Assembly (NCBI RefSeq): GCF_000284115.1
Contig: NC_017080.1
Coordinates: 1,560,001 to 1,592,000, forward strand
Length of the DNA: 32,000 nucleotides
From: Phycisphaera mikurensis NBRC 102666
Lineage (GTDB): Bacteria; Planctomycetota; Phycisphaerae; Phycisphaerales; Phycisphaeraceae
Direction of reading: 5' to 3'
Below, piece after piece: positions 1 to 7,609 of this stretch. The first letter of the stretch is position 1. Every line of letters starts with the position of its first letter. The notes under the pieces are model-generated. The model saw only the letters and a list, made by a program, of their open reading frames with translations. It was not told where the DNA came from and searched no databases. A program made the position numbers and the translations under genes.

Positions 1-5
1 CCACG

Positions 6-1025
6 ATGCTCACCCGCCGCCGCCTGACCGCCACCCTTGCCCGCCTCGCCGCCGCCGCGACGATCGCCGGCTCCCTCGTCCTGCCCGTTGCCTCGGCTTC
101 CGCCCAGAACGAGCCGCTGAAGATCGGCTACAGCGACTGGCCCGGCTGGGTTGCCTGGGAGATCGGCATCCAGAAGGGCTGGTTCGAGGAGGCCGACGTC
201 GACGTCGACTTCCTTTGGTTCGACTACGTCGCCTCCATGGACGCCTACGTGGCCGGTCGGGTCGACGCCGTGGCCATGACCAACGGCGACGCGCTGGTCA
301 CCGGCGGCACGGGCAAGCCGTCGGTCACGATCCTCATCAACGACTACTCCAACGGCAACGACATGCTCGTCGTGAAGCCCGAGGTGAAGACGGTCGCCGG
401 CCTGAAGGGCAAGAAGATCGGCGCCGAGCTGGGCTTCGTCGGGCACCTGCTCGCGATCACCGGGCTGGAGATGGCCGGCCTCAGCGCCGACGACGTCGAG
501 TTCGTCGACACGCCCACCGACCAGACCGCCTCCGTGCTCGCCAACGGCGACGTTTCCGCCATCGCCGCCTGGCAGCCGAACTCCGGCGAAGCGTTGAAGG
601 CCGTCGAGGGCGCCCGCGCGCTGTTCACCTCGGCCGATGCGCCCGGCATCATCTACGACGTCCTCGCCGTGTCGCCCGAGAGCCTGGAGTCCCGCCGCGA
701 CGACTGGATGAAGGTCATCGGCGTGTGGTACCGCATCGTCGAGTACCTCAAGGACGAGGACAACATGGACGACGCGCTCGCCATTCTCGCCGCCCGCGTA
801 AACGTGACGCCCCGCGAGTACGAGCCCTTCTTCGAGGGCACGTACATCCTGACGCTGGACGAGGCGATGGAGCGCTGGGAAGAGGGCGACGGCCTCGGCT
901 CGATCTACGGGTCCACCGCGTACGTCAACGCCTTCAACGTGGAGCAGGGCGTGTACGACAAGCCGCTGGACGTGTCGGCGTACCTGGATCCGTCGCTGAT
1001 GGAGGCGTTCGCGGAGATGGATTGA
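6..1025 (+). CDS. ABC transporter periplasmic substrate-binding protein, NitT/TauT (SsuA/NMT1-like) family; candidate guanidine-binding component
   Basis: 339-aa ORF. It has an N-terminal signal peptide ([23 protein letters not shown]) followed by an SsuA/NMT1-type binding-protein pattern ([11 protein letters not shown]..., [12 protein letters not shown]). It is the first gene of a co-directional ABC set. The ATG is at position 6, so any leader or riboswitch lies outside the window. Confidence 0.85.
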   Translation: MLTRRRLTATLARLAAAATIAGSLVLPVASASAQNEPLKIGYSDWPGWVAWEIGIQKGWFEEADVDVDFLWFDYVASMDAYVAGRVDAVAMTNGDALVTGGTGKPSVTILINDYSNGNDMLVVKPEVKTVAGLKGKKIGAELGFVGHLLAITGLEMAGLSADDVEFVDTPTDQTASVLANGDVSAIAAWQPNSGEALKAVEGARALFTSADAPGIIYDVLAVSPESLESRRDDWMKVIGVWYRIVEYLKDEDNMDDALAILAARVNVTPREYEPFFEGTYILTLDEAMERWEEGDGLGSIYGSTAYVNAFNVEQGVYDKPLDVSAYLDPSLMEAFAEMD

Positions 1026-1060
1026 GCTTCCGATGCCGCTCGCGGACCGAAGACGGGTTC

Positions 1061-1091
1061 AGCCACCTTTTCCGAGGCGGAAAAGGTGGCT
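1061..1091 (+). terminator. Intercistronic stem-loop between the binding-protein and permease genes (possible attenuator or mRNA-stabilising hairpin)
   Basis: Perfect 12-bp inverted repeat: AGCCACCTTTTC (1061-1072), 7-nt loop CGAGGCG, GAAAAGGTGGCT (1080-1091). It starts 36 nt after the stop at 1025. No U-tract follows, so it is not a classical intrinsic terminator. Confidence 0.35.
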
Positions 1092-1104
1092 GGCCCCATG
1101 AGGA

Positions 1105-2535
1105 TTGACGGACGATGGGTTTCTCGACATGGCCGCACCCCCTTCTCGATCTCCGTGGTTCGCGATCCGGCGGGAGGTGCCGACGCATCGCAGCGGGCTG
1201 CTGATGGCGGCTTCGTTCGCGGTGCCGGTGCTCATCTGGTGCGTGCTCGCGTACGTGCCCCTCTTCCACGCCGACTACCGGCTGACGGTGGTGGCCGAGC
1301 GACAGGCGGCGAACACGGCGACGCTGACCGTGGGCGACCGCGTGGAGAAGGGCTACTTCCAGGACTACCTCGACGAGGTGGCGGCGATGAACGAGCAGAT
1401 CCGGGCCCGCGTGGCCGCGGGCGATCTTGACGCCTCGACGCGGTCCAACACGAGGATCCTCCGGGCGCTGCGGCCGGTGGCGGAGTCCAACGGCCTGCTC
1501 GCGGGTGTCGACACGGGCGACAGCGGCGTGGTCGACGCGAAGCTCTACGAGCTCTGGCTCGCGGCCGCGGATGGCGAGCGACCCGAGCTGATGGCGGCGC
1601 TGTCGGAGGAGAACCAGGCGGTGGTCCGCGGCAACGCCGAGGTCCTGCGGCGGTTCCCGCCGGAGGATCGCCAGAGCAAGCCGAAGGTGCGGGAGCCGCT
1701 GCTGAACCTGCTGCCGCAGGGTGTCTCCGCCTCGCCGGTGTACCTGCCGTCGCCCGGCGAGTGCATCCGAGCCTTCGTCGACGACTTCACCACCGAGCCG
1801 CCCAACGGCCAGCCGTGGATGCACGAGCGGCTGCTGTCGTCGCTGAAGGTCGTGTTCGGCGGCTTCGGGATGGCCGTGCTGATCGGGCTGCCGCTGGGGA
1901 TTCTGTGCGGCTGCTACGGCGTCTTCGCGCGGCTGTTCGAGCCCTTCACCGACTTCTTCCGCTACATGCCGGCCCCGACCTTCAGCCTGCTGCTGGTCGC
2001 CGCCTTCGGCGTGGAGGGGGCGCCGAAGCTGGCGCTGGTCTTCATCGGCACCTTCCCGCACCTGCTGCTGATGACCGGCAACACCACGCGGACGCTCGAC
2101 GCGAACCTGCTCGAAGCGGCGCAGACCCTCGGCTGCAAGCGCACCGGCCTGCTGACCCGCGTGGTGATCCCCGGGACGATGCCGCACCTCTACAACGACC
2201 TCCGCGTCCTGCTCGGCTGGGCCTGGACGTGGCTGGTCATCGCGGAGCTGATCGGCACCAAGTCCGGCCTCACCGGCTTCATCGACGTGCAAGGCGCCCG
2301 CCGCAACTTCGACCGGGTGTTCCCGGTGATCATCATGATCGGCCTCATCGGCTTCACCACGGACCAGCTGCTGCAGTTCGCGGCCCGTCGCCTCTTCCCC
2401 TGGGCGAACCCCGGCCGCGGGCGTTCGGGGTGGTGGAAGCGGCTGCGGGGCTTGTCCGCCCGCCGCCGCGACGCCGGCGTACCGACCAGCGACGAGCCGA
2501 CGCTCGATCCGGGCAAAGCGGCGGTGCTCGCGTGA
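1105..2535 (+). CDS. ABC transporter permease, NitT/TauT family, with a large N-proximal insertion
   Basis: 476-aa ORF starting at TTG 1105 (alternative ATG 1129). The C-terminal ~250 aa is a typical TauC/SsuC-type membrane domain: LPSPGECIRAF, GFGMAVLIGLPLGIL and the EAA-loop EAAQTLGCKRTGLLTRVVIPGTMPHL. One TM helix (LLMAASFAVPVLIWCVLAYVPLF) lies far upstream of this domain. Confidence 0.85.
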   Translation: MTDDGFLDMAAPPSRSPWFAIRREVPTHRSGLLMAASFAVPVLIWCVLAYVPLFHADYRLTVVAERQAANTATLTVGDRVEKGYFQDYLDEVAAMNEQIRARVAAGDLDASTRSNTRILRALRPVAESNGLLAGVDTGDSGVVDAKLYELWLAAADGERPELMAALSEENQAVVRGNAEVLRRFPPEDRQSKPKVREPLLNLLPQGVSASPVYLPSPGECIRAFVDDFTTEPPNGQPWMHERLLSSLKVVFGGFGMAVLIGLPLGILCGCYGVFARLFEPFTDFFRYMPAPTFSLLLVAAFGVEGAPKLALVFIGTFPHLLLMTGNTTRTLDANLLEAAQTLGCKRTGLLTRVVIPGTMPHLYNDLRVLLGWAWTWLVIAELIGTKSGLTGFIDVQGARRNFDRVFPVIIMIGLIGFTTDQLLQFAARRLFPWANPGRGRSGWWKRLRGLSARRRDAGVPTSDEPTLDPGKAAVLA

Positions 2536-3416
2536 GCGTCGCCCATCCGCCCGAGGTCGCCGCCCGCTTCGGCCGCATCCGGCAGCGGCCGGTCGTTCTG
2601 GAGGTCGAACAGCTCGGCAAGAGCTTCGTCTCGCCCGGGGGCGAGACGGTCCGCGTGTTCGACGGGGTCGACCTGTCCATCCGTCGGCGCGAGTTCATCA
2701 CGGTGGTGGGACCGTCCGGCTGCGGGAAGAGCACCTTCATCCGCATGGTCGCGGGGCTGGAGACCGCGACCTCCGGCCGCATCCTGCTCGACGGCGAGGC
2801 GGTCGTCGGCCCCGGCGCGGACCGCGGGATGGTCTTCCAGGCGTACACGCTCTTCCCCTGGCTGAGCGTGAAGAGAAACGTCATGTTCGGCTTGCTCCAG
2901 GCCGGTCGCAGCGAGGCCTCCGCGTCGAGCGAGGCGTGCGTCTGGCTGGAGATGGTCGGGCTGAAAGGCTTCGAAAATCACCACCCGGCCCAGCTGTCCG
3001 GCGGCATGAAGCAGCGCGTCGCCATCGCCCGGGCGCTGGCCAACAAGCCGCGGATCCTGCTGATGGACGAGCCCTTCGGTGCGCTGGACGCTCAGACGCG
3101 GGCGGAGATGCAGGACTACCTGCTGCAGATCTACCGCAACGTCGACGCGACGATCCTCTTCATCACCCACGACCTCGACGAGGCGGTTTACCTCGCCGAC
3201 CGCGTCGTCGTCATGGGGCGCAAGCCCGGCCGCGTCATCGAGACGGTGGACGTGCCCCTGCTCCGCCCCCGCGACCCGCAGATGGCCTTCACCGACGACT
3301 TCCTGGCCACCAAGCGCCACATCGAGCACCTCATCCACCCGCCCGAGCCGGCGGGTACGGAGAAGAGAAAGGCGCCGATCACGCGGATGACGGTGGTCGG
3401 CGACGAGGTGTATTGA
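2532..3416 (+). CDS. ABC transporter ATP-binding protein, NitT/TauT family
   Basis: Walker [10 protein letters not shown], signature [15 protein letters not shown], Walker [13 protein letters not shown] and H-loop FITHD are present. The GTG at 2532 overlaps the permease stop (GTGA), which implies translational coupling. Confidence 0.9.
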   Translation: MSVAHPPEVAARFGRIRQRPVVLEVEQLGKSFVSPGGETVRVFDGVDLSIRRREFITVVGPSGCGKSTFIRMVAGLETATSGRILLDGEAVVGPGADRGMVFQAYTLFPWLSVKRNVMFGLLQAGRSEASASSEACVWLEMVGLKGFENHHPAQLSGGMKQRVAIARALANKPRILLMDEPFGALDAQTRAEMQDYLLQIYRNVDATILFITHDLDEAVYLADRVVVMGRKPGRVIETVDVPLLRPRDPQMAFTDDFLATKRHIEHLIHPPEPAGTEKRKAPITRMTVVGDEVY

Positions 3417-3459
3417 TGCGCCCTCCGGTGCCGCCGGTGGCTGTGCCTGTTGACGAAAG

Positions 3460-4206
3460 TTGCCCGCGTCCGCAAGGTTCTCCGAAAGCGTCCCCCATGA
3501 CACGTGCAGCCCCTCGCGCCGGCGGGCTCTGCCCGCCGAAGCCGTAGCCCGTCCGCACCTCAACTCGCGAAGCGAAATCCCCCGAGCCACCGCCACCGAA
3601 GCCGCCCGGACCCGCGAGGAGGTCATGTCGACCGCGCTGGCCATCTTCGCGCGTCGGGGCTACGCCGCGACGCGGCTCGCCGACGTCGCCGACGCGATGG
3701 GGGTGACGCGCGGGGCGATCTACGGGCACTTCGCCAGCAAGCAGGAGCTGTTCCTGGCGGTGGTGCGGAAGAGCCAGGACCCGATCTACGCGCTGCTCGC
3801 CGAGGTGGAGCGAGAGGCCGCCGCGGGCGTATCTCCGCGGGCTTCCCTCCGCGGGATGATGCTGGGCTGGTGCCGGCTCCTGCGGGAGGACCCGCAGCAC
3901 CGGGCCGGATTCGAGCTGGTCATGACCAAGACGACGTTCGTCGACGAGCTCGAGGAGCTCTACGAGCGGGAGAAGCAGCTGACCCGCGACGTCATCCGCA
4001 CGGTGACCCGGACCGTGGAGCGGGGGCAAGCGGTCGGCGAGTTCCCCGCCGGGCTCAACCCGCGGGACGCGGGGCTCACGGTCTACCTGCACCTGATGGG
4101 GCTGACGCAGGCGTGGCTCTTCAACCCCGCGCTCTTCTCGCTCGCCCGCCGGGCGGAGACCCTCGCCGACGCCACGCTGGGCGGCCTGGGCGTCCAGACC
4201 GCGTGA
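3460..4206 (+). CDS. TetR/AcrR-family transcriptional regulator
   Basis: N-terminal TetR HTH: TREEVMSTALAIFARRGYAATRLADVADAMGVTRGAIYGHFASKQELF. The start is uncertain. TTG 3460 is the only canonical in-frame start upstream of the conserved RTREE segment. Third-position GC is lower in 3460-3600 than in the gene body. Confidence 0.8.
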   Translation: MPASARFSESVPHDTCSPSRRRALPAEAVARPHLNSRSEIPRATATEAARTREEVMSTALAIFARRGYAATRLADVADAMGVTRGAIYGHFASKQELFLAVVRKSQDPIYALLAEVEREAAAGVSPRASLRGMMLGWCRLLREDPQHRAGFELVMTKTTFVDELEELYEREKQLTRDVIRTVTRTVERGQAVGEFPAGLNPRDAGLTVYLHLMGLTQAWLFNPALFSLARRAETLADATLGGLGVQTA

Positions 4207-4244
4207 CCCGCTAAGATTCACCAGCGCATCCAAACCGGACGACC

Positions 4245-5423
4245 ATGAACGACTCTCACCACACGCCGCCCGCTTCCGAGCCCCTCGATCCCAAGCAGAT
4301 GAAGGGCTACCTCGCGGCACTCAAGGAGGAGTCGATTCCCAACAAGACGTACCTGGAGGAGATGAAGCGGCAGGTCGAGATCGGCCTGCCCGGGGCGGAT
4401 TCCATCGGCGACAAGACGATCAGCACCTTCTCGCGGGGCGAGCTGCCGCACTACGCCGGCATCAACACGCTGCTGAAGCTGAAGTACCTCGAAGACGTCC
4501 GCGAGGTCGGGAACTACGACGTCGCCTTCCTGGGCATCCCCTTCGACATCGGCACCACCTACCGCTCGGGCACGCGCTTCGGGCCGCAGGCGATGCGCCG
4601 GATCTCCGCTCTCTACACCAGCTACTTCTACGAGCTCGGCGTGGACCTGGTGGAGAACGTGAGAATGTGCGACCTGGGCGACGTCTTCACGATCGGCAAC
4701 ATCGAGAAGAGCTTCGACCAGGTCTCCCGCGCGGTCAGCCACGTCTACAGCTCCGGCTGCTTCCCCTTTCTCATGGGCGGCGACCACTCGCTGGGCTATC
4801 CGAACGTGCGCGGCATCGCGCCGCACGTCGACGGCGACATCGGGATCATCCACATCGACCGTCACATCGACATCCAGGAGAAGGACATGGACGAGCGGAT
4901 GCACACGTGCCCGTGGTTCCACGCGACCAACATCCCCAACGCCCCGGCGAAGAACCTGGTGCAGGTGGGCATCGGCGGCTGGCAGGTGCCGCGGCCGGGC
5001 GTGAAGATCGCCCGCGAGCGCGGCACGAACATCATCTCCATGGACGACGTGGACGACCACGGCATCGACAAGGTCGCCGAGATGGCGCTGGAGATGGCGT
5101 GGAAGGGCAACGTGAAGGCGGTCTACCTCTCCTTCGACATCGACAGCGTCGACTGCGGCTTCGTGCCGGGCACCGGCTGGCCCGAGCCCGGCGGCTTCCT
5201 GCCGCGCGAGGTGCTCAAGCTGCTCAAGCTCGTGGCGAGGGAGGGCATCTGCGCGATGGAGGTCGTCGAGGTCTCACCCGCGTACGACACCTCCGACATC
5301 ACCGCGCTCCTGGGCGTCCGGGCGATGCTCGACGTGCTGGCGACGATGGTGGACGAGGGGATCCTGCCCCGGAAGGAGAAGGCCGTCTCGGACGCGGGCA
5401 TCGACGGGTGGAAGGGGACGTGA
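4245..5423 (+). CDS. gdmH: Arginase/agmatinase-family ureohydrolase; context predicts a Ni-dependent guanidine hydrolase (GdmH-like) rather than agmatinase
   Basis: 392-aa ORF with ureohydrolase metal-site motifs: FLGIPFD...GTRFGPQAMR, MGGDHSLGYP, IIHIDRHIDIQ and LSFDIDSVDCGFVPGTGWPEPGG. hypA and hypB homologues lie immediately downstream and an NitT/TauT importer lies upstream. Confidence 0.75.
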   Translation: MNDSHHTPPASEPLDPKQMKGYLAALKEESIPNKTYLEEMKRQVEIGLPGADSIGDKTISTFSRGELPHYAGINTLLKLKYLEDVREVGNYDVAFLGIPFDIGTTYRSGTRFGPQAMRRISALYTSYFYELGVDLVENVRMCDLGDVFTIGNIEKSFDQVSRAVSHVYSSGCFPFLMGGDHSLGYPNVRGIAPHVDGDIGIIHIDRHIDIQEKDMDERMHTCPWFHATNIPNAPAKNLVQVGIGGWQVPRPGVKIARERGTNIISMDDVDDHGIDKVAEMALEMAWKGNVKAVYLSFDIDSVDCGFVPGTGWPEPGGFLPREVLKLLKLVAREGICAMEVVEVSPAYDTSDITALLGVRAMLDVLATMVDEGILPRKEKAVSDAGIDGWKGT

Positions 5424-5498
5424 TGTTCGCAAGCCGTCCGAGCACCGCTTCGCGGGCCACGACGGGCACGCAGGCACGAAGACACGAAGGGGGATCGG

Positions 5499-5897
5499 GT
5501 GCATGAGCTCTCGGTCGCGATCTCCATCGTCGACAGCCTGAAGGACGTGCTGGAGGAAGAGGACGGAGGAAAGGTCTCGTCCGTCTCCGTGGCGGTGGGC
5601 GCGCACGCCGGCGTGGTGATCGAGGCGTTGCGTTACGCGTGGGGGCCCGCCACCTGCGGCACGCCCCTGGAGGGCTCGGTGCTGGACGTCGAAGCGGTGC
5701 CGGCCACCGTCTGGTGCGGCAGGTGTGCGTCGGAGTCCGTCCTCCCCGGGGTCCGCCTCTCCTGTCCCGCGTGCGGTGCCGCCACGCCCGTGCTCCTTTC
5801 CGGCAAAGAGCTCGACCTCCTTTCGTTCGAGCTCGAGCGGGATCTTCCCCCCGCCGAGCCCCCCCTCCGTGCCTTCGTGCCTTCGCGTCCTTCGTGA
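5499..5897 (+). CDS. hypA: HypA-family Ni metallochaperone (GhaA-like accessory protein)
   Basis: The GTG start gives the N-terminal MHE Ni-binding motif (MHELSVAISIVDSL). The zinc site has two CxxC pairs (WCGRCASE ... SCPACGA). A purine-rich RBS (GAAGGGGGA) lies upstream. No hydrogenase genes are in the window. Confidence 0.85.
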   Translation: MHELSVAISIVDSLKDVLEEEDGGKVSSVSVAVGAHAGVVIEALRYAWGPATCGTPLEGSVLDVEAVPATVWCGRCASESVLPGVRLSCPACGAATPVLLSGKELDLLSFELERDLPPAEPPLRAFVPSRPS

Positions 5898-5926
5898 ACG
5901 AGCGGAGCGCTGCCCCCGACCCGCCC

Positions 5927-6595
5927 ATGGCCGCAAACACCACCCGCCTCGTCGAAGTCCGAACGAAGATCCTCAAGAAGAACGACGAGCACGCGCGGGC
6001 GCTGCGGGCGCGTTTCCAGGAGGCCGGGGTCCGCGTGGTCTCGTGGGTGTCGTCGCCGGGCTCCGGGAAAACCGAGCTGCTCAAGCGGCTGCTGCTGCAC
6101 CTCAAGCAGACGCGGCCGGGGCTGAAGGTCGCCACGCTGGTCGGCGACCTCGCCACCGACAACGACGCCGACCGCCTCGCCGCCGCCGGGTACCCCGTCG
6201 CCCAGATCCTCACCGGCACCATGTGCCACCTCGAGGCCGACATGACCGCGGGGGCCATCGAGAAGGCCGGCTGGGACCTCGAGGAGATCGACCTCCTGCT
6301 TGTCGAGAACGTCGGCAACCTGGTCTGCCCCGCCACCTACGACCTCGGCGAGGCGCTGCGGGTCGTGGCGCTCTCCACGACCGAGGGCGAGGACAAGCCG
6401 CTGAAGTACCCGACCATCTTCAACACCGCCGACCTGGCGGTCGTCACCAAGATGGACCTGGCGGAGGTACTCGGCTTCGACGAAGCCGCCTGCCGCGCGA
6501 ACATCGACGCCGTGCGACCGGGGATGCCGGTTCTCGGCGTCTCGGCGAGGAGCGGCGAAGGCCTCGCTGAGCTGGCCGCGGCGGTCTTGGGCTGA
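5927..6595 (+). CDS. hypB: HypB-family Ni-binding GTPase (GhaB-like accessory protein)
   Basis: ATG 5927. P-loop SSPGSGKTELL, the metal-binding CH motif (GTMCHLEADM), ENVGNLVCP and a TKMDL NKxD-like motif are present. There is no His-rich N-terminus. Confidence 0.85.
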   Translation: MAANTTRLVEVRTKILKKNDEHARALRARFQEAGVRVVSWVSSPGSGKTELLKRLLLHLKQTRPGLKVATLVGDLATDNDADRLAAAGYPVAQILTGTMCHLEADMTAGAIEKAGWDLEEIDLLLVENVGNLVCPATYDLGEALRVVALSTTEGEDKPLKYPTIFNTADLAVVTKMDLAEVLGFDEAACRANIDAVRPGMPVLGVSARSGEGLAELAAAVLG

Positions 6596-6647
6596 ATCCG
6601 CGGACCGCGGTCCTCCGGGGCCGGATCCCGCGACGATCCGCGGATTC
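6594..6647. terminator. Candidate bidirectional terminator hairpin between convergent hypB and the rhodanese gene
   Basis: Perfect 11-bp inverted repeat GAATCCGCGGA (6594-6604) / TCCGCGGATTC (6637-6647). It spans from one stop codon to the other. The loop contains the 12-bp perfect palindrome GGACCGCGGTCC (6602-6613). Confidence 0.35.
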
Positions 6648-7578
6648 AGTCGCTCGGGCCGTGCACGGGCAGGCCGGCCTCGGCCCAGCCCGCGTAGCCG
6701 CCGGTGAGGACGCGGACCGGCGAGAAGCCCAGCGACTCCAGCACCGCCTGCGCCAGCGCGGCGTGCGTGCCGATCGCGTCGTACACGATCAGCGGCCCGC
6801 CGGCGGCCGGGTCGAGGCCGGCCTCCCGCGCCATCCGCTCCCGATCGGGGCCCGGCTTGAGCCGCGGGTCGGAGACGCTCAAGAGGAAGTCCTGCCAGGG
6901 GAGGTTGCGGGCGCCGGGGATGTGGCCGCCGCGCTGGGTGCCGTGCCCCGAGCGTTCGCCCCGGAAGAGGCGTCCGCTGCGGGAATCGACGAGGCGTCCG
7001 AGGGCGGCCGCCTCGGCGGCTTCCTCCCGTGTCGCCTCGACGGGGCGGACGACGCCGACCGGCCAGCTCGTCGGCGTCCGCACCGGCGGCGGATCGGTGG
7101 ACAGCGGGTGGCCGGCCGCCACCCAGCCGCGGGTGTGGCCGTCGAGCAGCCGCGCCCGCACGCCGGCGCGGCGGAGGGCCAGCCGCAGGGGCGCCGGGAA
7201 GACGCCGCCGGCGTCGCCGACGAGCACGACGTCGTCCCCGGGCCGCAGCCCGAGGCGGCCGAACAGCTCGGCGGCTGCCTCGGACCCGACCAGCCCGTTG
7301 GTGCGGCCGGGCCGGTCCACCATCGCCTCGTCGTGCTCGACGAAGAACGCCCCGGGCACGTGCCCGCGCTCGTAGCCGCGGCGGCCGTGCCCGACGTGCA
7401 GCAGCACGAGCGCGGGATCGTCCGCGGCGAGCCGCTCCGCCACCTCCGCGATGGACGCGAAAGCCCCGCCGGAGGCCTCCGCGGCGCGGAGGCCCGGCGG
7501 GGCGGCCGGCGTCGCCTCCGCCCGGGCGATGCCGAGAGCCGGGAGCAGCGCGAGGACGAGAAAGAGCGGTCGGATCAT
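6646..7578 (-). CDS. Secreted tandem rhodanese-homology-domain protein (sulfurtransferase-like, lacks any cysteine)
   Basis: The internal ATG at 7578 gives 310 aa with a signal peptide (MIRPLFLVLALLPALGIARA). GGAG lies ~12 nt upstream. There are two rhodanese-like halves (ERGHVPGAFF; GGHIPGARNLPW). The active-site loop position reads IVYDAIGTHAAL, with Asp where Cys is expected. Confidence 0.75.
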   Translation of the reverse strand: MIRPLFLVLALLPALGIARAEATPAAPPGLRAAEASGGAFASIAEVAERLAADDPALVLLHVGHGRRGYERGHVPGAFFVEHDEAMVDRPGRTNGLVGSEAAAELFGRLGLRPGDDVVLVGDAGGVFPAPLRLALRRAGVRARLLDGHTRGWVAAGHPLSTDPPPVRTPTSWPVGVVRPVEATREEAAEAAALGRLVDSRSGRLFRGERSGHGTQRGGHIPGARNLPWQDFLLSVSDPRLKPGPDRERMAREAGLDPAAGGPLIVYDAIGTHAALAQAVLESLGFSPVRVLTGGYAGWAEAGLPVHGPSD

Positions 7579-7609
7579 CGGTCGATCGGCTCCGCGGCGG
7601 TTCCGCGGC

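Noticed and set aside
3417-3640. Possible guanidine-I (ykkC) riboswitch upstream of the TetR and hydrolase genes
   Set aside because: Isolated fragments such as AAGGTTCTCCG, ACACG and the hairpin CGGCGGGC-TCT-GCCCGCCG loosely recall ykkC. I could not assemble the conserved ykkC core or a consistent P1-P3 architecture, and the region is probably TetR coding sequence. A riboswitch, if present, would more likely lie upstream of the binding-protein gene, outside the window. A covariance-model scan is needed.
5499-6595. hypA/hypB as hydrogenase maturation genes
   Set aside because: No hydrogenase structural genes or other hyp genes (hypC, hypD, hypE, hypF) are in the window. The pair sits directly behind an arginase-family enzyme, matching the GdmH/GhaA/GhaB arrangement. 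A hydrogenase elsewhere in the genome cannot be excluded from this window.
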